The notes beneath the pieces are model-generated. The model was given only the letters and a program-made list of their open reading frames with translations. It had not been told where the DNA came from and did no database searches. A stretch of 64,000 bases of DNA from Verrucomicrobiota bacterium (GTDB taxonomy: Bacteria > Verrucomicrobiota > Lentisphaeria > Lentisphaerales > Lentisphaeraceae). The stretch is from positions 1-64,000 of the forward strand of contig JBDKFG010000001.1 in the NCBI GenBank assembly GCA_039798785.1, in the 5' to 3' direction. The position numbers were made by a program, and so were the translations under genes. Of the stretch, positions 39,428 to 46,259 are shown piece by piece (position 1 is the stretch's first letter; each line of letters begins with the position of its first letter).

Positions 39428-39566
39428 TTCTGAATTCAAATGCCGTAGCGAGTCCCAGATTCTAATTCTCCAGTTGCGGGTTCGAGCCCCGCCGGGTCCA
39501 CTCACGGGCCCGTGGTGTAAATGGCAACACAGGTAAGCCTCGCTTCTCCCCTCGTTGAGTTCAGAA
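39428..39566 (+). ncRNA. Y RNA unit 5, YrlA-like with a complete permuted tRNA domain (CUA anticodon loop, G3-U70)
   Basis: TTCTGAATTCAA/TTGAGTTCAGAA stem; AGA-TTCTAAT-TCTCC; T arm GCGGG-TTCGAGC-CCCGC; acceptor CGGGTCC-ACTCAC-GGGCCCG; D arm GTGT-AAATGGCA-ACAC. Confidence 0.9.
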
Positions 39567-39598
39567 TTCCTAAATTCTTCGCTTTGAGCTCATGACTC

Positions 39599-39714
39599 TT
39601 TTGAGCCTCAGCCGGAATGCCGTCCAGGCCTTCACGGCACCCTGCAGGTTCAAATCCTGCCGCCGGCTTCGGCCGGCGAAGCCCGGACATCCCTCGTCCG
39701 GCTGAGGCTCAAAA
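39599..39714 (+). ncRNA. Y RNA unit 6 with a T-arm plus acceptor minihelix only
   Basis: 18-bp stem TTTTGAGCCTCAGCCGGA/TCCGGCTGAGGCTCAAAA; ATGCC/CCTCG; GCAGG-TTCAAAT-CCTGC; CGCCGGC-TTCG-GCCGGCG. Confidence 0.87.
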
Positions 39715-39721
39715 CCCTTTT

Positions 39722-39832
39722 CTCCTGGCGGATGCCGCCGTGAATCCATGCCACCCCCCGGACGCGGAACGCCCGCAAAGCGTTCCTGGCCCAGCGCCAA
39801 GTCCACTTTCACGGCCCCCTCGCCGCCAGGAG
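39722..39832 (+). ncRNA. Y RNA-like unit 7 (no tRNA module)
   Basis: CTCCTGGCGG/CCGCCAGGAG stem; ATGCC/CCTCG; inner stem GCCGTGAA/TTCACGGC; hairpin GGAACGC/GCGTTCC. Confidence 0.8.
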
Positions 39833-39842
39833 TTAGTTTGGC

Positions 39843-39890
39843 GGAAGGATCGCCGCATGAAGGAGCTTGCGGCGAAAGAGCCTTCCTTTT
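39843..39890 (+). terminator. Possible terminator or structured end of the Y RNA array
   Basis: GGAAGG..TCGCCGCA / TGCGGCGA..CCTTCC followed by TTTT. Confidence 0.45.
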
Positions 39891-40024
39891 CGAAACGACC
39901 CAGGACGCTTACATCTACATCGAGGCTTGGTTCGACTGAACAAACCGGCTGGCAGCCGGCGCTCCCAGGAGCAACCTCTCGATCGGGACGATCGAGCCAC
40001 ATCCCGCAAATCAGGACTCACGCA

Positions 40025-40687
40025 ATGACCGCCTACATCAGCCTCGGCTACACCGTCACCCGCCCGGTTGAGCGCGAGCATTGGATGAACGAGAATCTGC
40101 CGTCGCGGATCCTCTCCTTCAGCGAGTGCATCGCTCCGCACATCCCCAACGGAAGCTTGGTCGATGTGACTCGAGGAGTGAGTAGGGCCATTCAGGAGCT
40201 TGAGATCGGGGAGTCGACCGCGATACGGCTCCATTCGATGCTTGAACGGCAGTTTCAGAAAACCTGGTTTTGGCCGCGCCATCTCGTCTGCATGGCAACC
40301 GCCCGTGAGATCCTCACTGTCCTGCACGAAGAATCACGCGATTGGCTTATTCTTGAGGTTTTTGCGGAGGAGTCTAGCCGGCAGGAGTTGCTCGAGACAA
40401 TTGACGGCTCGTCCCCTCATCGCCTGGATGGCGACTGGCTGCGAACGGCGACTCCTCAAGCCCCTGGCCCCATCCTCGGCTTCGAAGTGTACAACATCTG
40501 GGAGGGGCACTCCTGGCATTGCCATGACCTAAGCTCCACCGTTGAACAGCACTTGGGATTCAGAGTCGGCGCTTGGGGGCTGTTGCCAGATCTCGAGCAG
40601 GCCAGGCAGGCCACTCAATGGATCGCCCAAGAAGCCGTCACAGATAAAGGTCCATGGATCTCCATCGCCCTCTGCCAAGTCACTTAA
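40025..40687 (+). CDS. Hypothetical protein, paralog A
   Basis: MTAYISLGYTVTRPV...WGLLPDLEQAR; start set by alignment with the downstream paralog; RBS AGGA. Confidence 0.75.
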   Translation: MTAYISLGYTVTRPVEREHWMNENLPSRILSFSECIAPHIPNGSLVDVTRGVSRAIQELEIGESTAIRLHSMLERQFQKTWFWPRHLVCMATAREILTVLHEESRDWLILEVFAEESSRQELLETIDGSSPHRLDGDWLRTATPQAPGPILGFEVYNIWEGHSWHCHDLSSTVEQHLGFRVGAWGLLPDLEQARQATQWIAQEAVTDKGPWISIALCQVT

Positions 40688-40753
40688 CACCTAAACCTTC
40701 CGTGCCCTCCGAGCCTTCCGTGGTGGGCTGAAGCCAGTTACAAGAGAGCTCCC

Positions 40754-41428
40754 ATGAGCCAATACATCAGCCTCGGCTACACCGTCACCCGCCCGGTCGA
40801 CCGCAAGAAATGGGGCCAGTCGATACTGCCTCCTCAGATTCTCACCCTCAGCCGCTGGAGCCCCTCGTTCCCCAATGCCGCATGCCTCACTTGGACCAAC
40901 AGTTCAGCCGAAGAAGAGGCCAGTCTCGAGATCCGTAGTCACACGCTTGCACAACTCCGCGACTTGCTGGATGACTCCTTCGGCACGAAATGGTTTTGGC
41001 CGAGATGCCTGATCGACGAAGGCTTGGCTCGGGAGATTCTGCGGATCCTCCTCAGCGATTCTTCCGGCTGGCAGATCTTTCGACTCTACACCCCAGCAGA
41101 ACATCGATTGTCCATCATCGAGGAATTGAACTTCATGCGCTCTCCGCAGGATCCAGAGGACTCGCGATGGCTGGGGGAAACGCCACTGGTGGACGTTTCA
41201 CAAATTCACGCGCTCGGCGCCGAGATTTACAACCTCGCCGGTGAATACACGTGGCACGTCAACGACCTCGCCATCGAAGTCGACAACCTCTTCGGTTTCA
41301 AGGTCGGACCCTGGGGCTTGTTGCCAGACCTCGAACAAGCTCGCAAAACGGCGGCATGGATCACACAAGAAGGCAATGCTGAACCCGGCCTGTGGATCCC
41401 GATCGCGCTCTGCCCCGTCGACGCCTGA
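40754..41428 (+). CDS. Hypothetical protein, paralog B
   Basis: MSQYISLGYTVTRPV...WFWPR...WGLLPDLEQAR...IALC shared with paralog A. Confidence 0.75.
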   Translation: MSQYISLGYTVTRPVDRKKWGQSILPPQILTLSRWSPSFPNAACLTWTNSSAEEEASLEIRSHTLAQLRDLLDDSFGTKWFWPRCLIDEGLAREILRILLSDSSGWQIFRLYTPAEHRLSIIEELNFMRSPQDPEDSRWLGETPLVDVSQIHALGAEIYNLAGEYTWHVNDLAIEVDNLFGFKVGPWGLLPDLEQARKTAAWITQEGNAEPGLWIPIALCPVDA

Positions 41429-41573
41429 ACAAAACCGGCTGCTAGCCCGTGCTGCCCACAAAAATCTGGCTAAGCCACTGGGGCAAACGCTCCCACGATC
41501 GGGGGTGAGTCTTATCGGAAGAGGAAGCTCGAATGGGATGGTCAAATCCCAACCACGAAATCAGGAGTCTCTT

Positions 41574-42047
41574 ATGACCATCGACGACACCAAACTTCTA
41601 GCCACTATCAACAGTGATTTGTCGAAGCTGGGAAAGTGCCTAAGAGGCTTCAATTATGAAGTTGCAATCCACGTTTGGGCTGTGACTGATATCGAAGGAA
41701 TGAAGCCGATGGAGATAATTGCCAAAGGCCTCGGAGCCAAGGTCTCTGGCATCTGCAAAGGGCCTCGATCCATCGACAAGCTTTTCAAGTCGATTCGATT
41801 TGCGCTCCGGCATCGCGGAAATGAGTCTTGGGGTTATCAAACTAACGATTTGTTCGTCGCGTCACCGGAATTTGATAAGCAGCTCGATGACTCCATCCAA
41901 AATTGCTCCCAGCTCTTCAAGAACTCTAGATGCCGACCTTTCTACTTACGAGATGGCCACCCTTTCTATCCAGTGTTCTGGAGCTTCGCCTATCTGATTG
42001 AGAAAGGCAGTGACGGCTACCTCTTCATCGCCTCGGGCTCTGACTGA
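41574..42047 (+). CDS. Hypothetical protein (lower GC)
   Basis: RBS AGGAG; ends GHPFYPVFWSFAYLI...FIASGSD. Confidence 0.65.
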   Translation: MTIDDTKLLATINSDLSKLGKCLRGFNYEVAIHVWAVTDIEGMKPMEIIAKGLGAKVSGICKGPRSIDKLFKSIRFALRHRGNESWGYQTNDLFVASPEFDKQLDDSIQNCSQLFKNSRCRPFYLRDGHPFYPVFWSFAYLIEKGSDGYLFIASGSD

Positions 42048-42277
42048 AGCAAAGCGGCTGGCCGCCGGCGCTCTCAGCCTGGAAACCTTAATCCGAGGCT
42101 GCAAACCCGGCACGGAGGCCGGGGCTCCCAGGGAAATCCGGCAGCCCCCGGAATTCTCTTGTTCGGTCATTGATAAAATCAATCTTGGCTATCGAATTTT
42201 TTCTTCGCCCTTGGCGCCTGGGATTGTGTAGGCTGGAAGCAGAGAAGCCAAACACAAACGCCCCAGGAATCCAGACC

Positions 42278-43345
42278 ATGATTACCCTGCCATCCTCGAC
42301 CTGTTCCCTGCCGCTCCTCTTTGCCCAGGTGCGGGAGGATCCTCTTCAGGAGGAGCGTCTGCTCCGGGACCTGGGGCCAGCGCCGCGCCTGATGATGATC
42401 GCTTCCGGCGGCTGCACCGCGGCCTACCTGGCGGGGAAGTCGCTGGCCGCGGAGATCCACCTGGTCGACGCCGCACCGGCTCAAGTGGCCCTCACCCGCC
42501 TCAAGCTCGCTCTACTTCAGGCGCCGCCGAGTCAACGCCGCGCCCTCCTCGGCTGGAGCCCGACGGCGCCGGAGGATCGCCTCGCAGGCCTAGGTCAATG
42601 GCTGGCCCCGCTCGGACTCCAGCCCGGAGATCTCGGGCCGGAGGAAGTCCTCGCCGCGAGCGGTCCGGACTTCTGCGGCCGTTACGAAGTCCTCTTCGCC
42701 GCCCTGCGCCAAAGCCTGGAGCCGTTTCGGCACGAGCTCGAGGAACTTCTTTGCGGCAGGCGCGAATACGCGCCCGGCGCGCTCTCGGCCGCCCTCCGAC
42801 GAAGCTGCGAGGTCGTTTTCGACCTGGAGCTGCTGCAGCGCCTCTTCGGCCCGGCCGCGACCCAACAAGCCCGGCAAAGCTTCGCCGCCCACTTCTTCCA
42901 ACGCCTCGAACTCGCCTTGTCCGAGCCCGGACGAAGCCAAAACCCCTGGCTGCATTCGATCCTGAAAGGCCCCGCCGCCGCTTTCCCGCCGCCTTGGCTG
43001 GAGCTGCCGCAGACGAGCCCGCGCTGCCGCATCACCAGCGTCCAGGCGACGATGTCCGAGGCCTTGCGTCAAGCGCAAAACGAGGGGCGGCTTTTTGATC
43101 TGATCCAGCTCTCCAACATCCTCGACTGGCTGGCTCCGGACGAAGCCCTCGCGCTTCTTGAGTTCGCCCGTCCCTGTCTCGCCCCGGGCGGCAAGATCCT
43201 GATCCGCCAGCTCAACTCCCGCCTCGAAATCCCCTCCCTGAGCCCGCACTGGCGCTGGAGGCCCGCTCCCGCTTCCCTGCCGCGGCTCGGCGACCGCAGC
43301 TTCTTCTATCCCGCCATCCTGGTGGGGGCGCCTCATGCAAACTGA
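42278..43345 (+). CDS. DUF3419 / BtaA-like SAM-dependent transferase
   Basis: FAQVREDP, MIASGGCT, VDAAPAQVAL..LK, GRYE, LSNILDW, LAPGG. Confidence 0.8.
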   Translation: MITLPSSTCSLPLLFAQVREDPLQEERLLRDLGPAPRLMMIASGGCTAAYLAGKSLAAEIHLVDAAPAQVALTRLKLALLQAPPSQRRALLGWSPTAPEDRLAGLGQWLAPLGLQPGDLGPEEVLAASGPDFCGRYEVLFAALRQSLEPFRHELEELLCGRREYAPGALSAALRRSCEVVFDLELLQRLFGPAATQQARQSFAAHFFQRLELALSEPGRSQNPWLHSILKGPAAAFPPPWLELPQTSPRCRITSVQATMSEALRQAQNEGRLFDLIQLSNILDWLAPDEALALLEFARPCLAPGGKILIRQLNSRLEIPSLSPHWRWRPAPASLPRLGDRSFFYPAILVGAPHAN

Positions 43346-44189
43346 ATCCCACTCCGGCCCGCTGCCGCCCGGTCTCGCGGCCGAGCTGCTCGCCTTCGCG
43401 ACCCGCTTCTCCCATTCCCTCGGAGCCGCCGGACGCTTTCGGGTCGAGCTCGGCCCCGATCCGAGCCGCTTCTTCGCCTCGCTGGGCCGCCCGACTTACT
43501 TCCTCTGCCGCCACGACGGTCTCATCTGCGGCAGCCTGGCGCTGAGCCTGGATCCGAAGCTCGGCTCGGCCTACCTCGGCGAGCTGAAGACGGCGCCGGG
43601 ACCGCAACGCGGACGCATCCTGCTCAGCCTCGCGGACGCCGCAAAAACCTGGCTCGGCGAAGAAGGAATCGCGGCCTGCCACGCCTTCGTCATGGCCGGC
43701 TCGGCCTCGCCCCTCGACTACACCGGACGCCTCGGCCTGCCCCGGATGGAGCGCCTTCTCGAGGCCGGGATCGACCTGGTTCCGACGACTCCGGGGATTC
43801 CCGACGATGGAGTCGAAGAAGTCCTCCTGCCGCCCGATTTGCGCGCGGCGCAGAGACCGCGGCTTCTCCGCTGCCGCAGCGCCAGCGCCCGCCTCCTCGA
43901 CACCTGGGCGGCGAAACGCCTCTACGATCCCTCCGGACGGGAGATCCGCCGCCTCCATCTCGGCCGCCTCGTCTTCGAGTCGCCGGAGGACGCCGAGGAC
44001 CTCATCCGCCACGCCGCCAGTCAAGCGGCGGCGCGCTCGGCCGAGGGGCTCTTCCTCGCCTTGCGTCCCGAGGAGCGCCGCCGCCTGCCCGCCCGCCTGC
44101 TTGCCTCCTGGCCGGAGCCGGCGAAATACGCCGTCTACGGCCACGGGCATGAGACTTGGAATCAGTCGCTATGCTCAGCGGAAGTCTGA
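43335..44189 (+). CDS. Putative GNAT-like protein
   Basis: AYLGELKTAP..QRGRIL..L; coupled to the upstream gene; fold assignment is tentative. Confidence 0.55.
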   Translation: MQTESHSGPLPPGLAAELLAFATRFSHSLGAAGRFRVELGPDPSRFFASLGRPTYFLCRHDGLICGSLALSLDPKLGSAYLGELKTAPGPQRGRILLSLADAAKTWLGEEGIAACHAFVMAGSASPLDYTGRLGLPRMERLLEAGIDLVPTTPGIPDDGVEEVLLPPDLRAAQRPRLLRCRSASARLLDTWAAKRLYDPSGREIRRLHLGRLVFESPEDAEDLIRHAASQAAARSAEGLFLALRPEERRRLPARLLASWPEPAKYAVYGHGHETWNQSLCSAEV

Positions 44190-44211
44190 AAACTCAAACC
44201 GGAGAAAACCC

Positions 44212-44691
44212 ATGCTAAAATCATCCATGCTGTCCTTGTCTCTCTTGGCCCTTGCCTCCTGCCAAAGTCAGCGACACGAGGAATTCTTTCTCAGCTACGC
44301 CGATGTAGAAATCATCGCTTCCACCGACCCGAAGACCGAACATGCGGCCTACTACGATCCGAAGGGGAAGTCCGCCTATTTCGAGGGACAGCATTCACCC
44401 ACGCTGACAAAAATCTGCGAGCGCTTTCATGCACCCGCCACCCATGGACCGCTCACCGTACATCATGCAGGCAAAAGCATCGTCTATCGATGGCGAGATG
44501 CCAAGCCAGAGTACTGCTCGGCCTCGGTGGAAGGTCGGGAATTCCTCTGGATCGGCATGGGTCTGATGATCCGTGGCATCTCAGGCAAGCCCACGGATCA
44601 GGACATTGAGCTCTATCAACTGGTTTCGGGATTGCCCAAGAGTCATCCGCAGCACTTCATCAAGTTGCAGGGTGAGATCACGATCCCGTGA
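44212..44691 (+). CDS. Hypothetical lipoprotein
   Basis: Lipobox LALASC; RBS GGAG. Confidence 0.65.
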   Translation: MLKSSMLSLSLLALASCQSQRHEEFFLSYADVEIIASTDPKTEHAAYYDPKGKSAYFEGQHSPTLTKICERFHAPATHGPLTVHHAGKSIVYRWRDAKPEYCSASVEGREFLWIGMGLMIRGISGKPTDQDIELYQLVSGLPKSHPQHFIKLQGEITIP

Positions 44692-44753
44692 ACCTCTAAG
44701 GCCCGGCGAGACGCCGGTGCTCCCAGGCCAATTCAAACATCAGGAGACCTCCC

Positions 44754-45452
44754 ATGAATCCCTCTCGTCCCCGACCTCTGCGTTCCCTCGCTGCCGCCGA
44801 GGCTTTGCGGCAAGCCTGCGATTTCCCTCGTCAAACGTATTTCCGCGCCTTGCTACAAGGCGGGATGAGCCGCGAGGATTTTCTTGAATCGCAGCGCCAC
44901 TTCGCCCATGCCGTCGCCTTCTTCCCTCGGCCGATGGCGGCACTGGTGGCGCGCCTGCCCGATCCCCGGCAACGCCTCGACCTCCTGCGCAACCTCGTCG
45001 AGGAGCACGGCGACTTCCGCGAGGAGGCCTTTCACATCAGCAGCTTCCGCGACTTCCTCACCGGCCTTGGCGGGCCTGGTGCGGCGGAGCTGCCGCCCCT
45101 GTCTCCGGGATTACACGCCTTCCAGGCTGCCCTCACCGGCACTTGTTGCTTCGACGAGCTGGAGACCGGCCTCGCCTGCCTCGGCTTCATTGAATACGCC
45201 TTTGCCGAGCTCAGCTCCCTGGTCGCGACGGCGGTGATCGAGCGCGGCTGGATCTCGCCCCGCGAACTGCGCCATTACCGCCTCCACGCCCGGATCGACG
45301 AGGAGCACGCGGCGGAGTTCTTCCTGGTGATCGAAAGCGCTTGGGACGAGCCGGCCCGGCGGCTCCATCTCGAGCGCGGCCTCGCCCTCGGCGCGCAGCT
45401 CTTCCGCCGCCTCTACGACGATCTCGCCGAAGTGAAGGTGCCCCATGCCTGA
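44754..45452 (+). CDS. Heme-oxygenase-like diiron redox enzyme (PqqC/CADD/TenA superfamily)
   Basis: NLVEEHG....H, LGFIE, HYRLHARIDEEHA metal-ligand pattern. Confidence 0.8.
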   Translation: MNPSRPRPLRSLAAAEALRQACDFPRQTYFRALLQGGMSREDFLESQRHFAHAVAFFPRPMAALVARLPDPRQRLDLLRNLVEEHGDFREEAFHISSFRDFLTGLGGPGAAELPPLSPGLHAFQAALTGTCCFDELETGLACLGFIEYAFAELSSLVATAVIERGWISPRELRHYRLHARIDEEHAAEFFLVIESAWDEPARRLHLERGLALGAQLFRRLYDDLAEVKVPHA

Positions 45453-46158
45453 GCACAGCCTCGCCCTGATGGAAGCCGCCGCGCCCTGGCTGGCGCTGTG
45501 GATCAGCTTCTTCTCCCTCGCCACCTTCGCCCGGCTGTTGTTGCAGCGTCTCGGCAAGGCGCCCGGCCTCTTGTTCATCGAAGGTTCGGGCCTGCCCTTG
45601 ATCCTGATGCACAGCGTTTGCTTTGTCGAGGCGCTTCTCCACCGCGAAGGCCTCGGCCTGCTGCTCTTCGCCTGGTGGGGACCGGGCTTCCTGATCGTCG
45701 CCTGGGCCTACCTGCGGGCCCGCAAGCGCGGCACCTATCTGCGCTGGGGTCCCTGGCGCCCCGCCATCAGTTGGGCCTGCAAGATCAACTACCTGGTTTT
45801 TGTCGCGCTCTATCTCTGGCAGGGCCACTGGACCATCATCTTCGTCCTCAGCCTCTGGATCATGAACGACCAGGTCGCCCTGGCCTGGCGCGCCGACGAC
45901 GCCGACCGCACTCGCCGCACCCTCGACGACGCCTGGATCTTCCGCTTGCTTTACCCCGCCGGGCTCTTCATCCCCTGTTTTGTGCCGATTCCCGGAGCGG
46001 ACGTGATGGTTCTTCTCTCCGGACTTCTGCTCGCCGCCTGGTTGCTCGGGCTCCTCAGGATCTGGCGACTAGGTCTCTTCCGCCGCCTGCCCGGTGACCA
46101 GATGCTGTTGCGCAACATGACCTATTTCCGCGACTGCCCGAGGGCGTCAGATACTTGA
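45445..46158 (+). CDS. Integral membrane protein
   Basis: Several hydrophobic segments; overlaps the upstream stop. Confidence 0.7.
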   Translation: MPEHSLALMEAAAPWLALWISFFSLATFARLLLQRLGKAPGLLFIEGSGLPLILMHSVCFVEALLHREGLGLLLFAWWGPGFLIVAWAYLRARKRGTYLRWGPWRPAISWACKINYLVFVALYLWQGHWTIIFVLSLWIMNDQVALAWRADDADRTRRTLDDAWIFRLLYPAGLFIPCFVPIPGADVMVLLSGLLLAAWLLGLLRIWRLGLFRRLPGDQMLLRNMTYFRDCPRASDT

Positions 46159-46259
46159 GCTTCTTCTCCGCCCGCCGCTTTCAACTTGACTTCAATCCAA
46201 AGGGTGGACAGTTTGACGATTGAGATGAAGTTTGCCGTCTTAAACTCCGGAGAATCGAG

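Noticed and set aside
39462..39464. Genome-wide amber recoding or a pyrrolysine system
   Set aside because: TAG ends apparently complete genes in this window (12590, 16935, 18408, 22179), and no pyl genes are visible.
39476..39512. tmRNA (because of the G3-U70 acceptor stem)
   Set aside because: The unit is only about 140 nt, has a full D arm and anticodon-like loop, and has no tag reading frame or encoded CCA.
39153..39533. Ordinary tRNA genes suggested by GGTTCGA T loops and TAGCTCAG/TGGTGTAA D arms
   Set aside because: Within each unit the T arm precedes the D arm and the acceptor stem is closed by a loop, so they are permuted tRNA-like domains rather than linear tRNA genes.
38917..39832. 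CRISPR array or integron attC array
   Set aside because: There are no identical direct repeats with regular spacers, no cas or integrase gene, and no ORF cassettes between units. Conservation is structural.
38915..40024. Short ORFs over the array and the 5' extension of ORF 39617-40687
   Set aside because: No protein motifs; they overlap structured RNA units, and paralog alignment places the real start at 40025.
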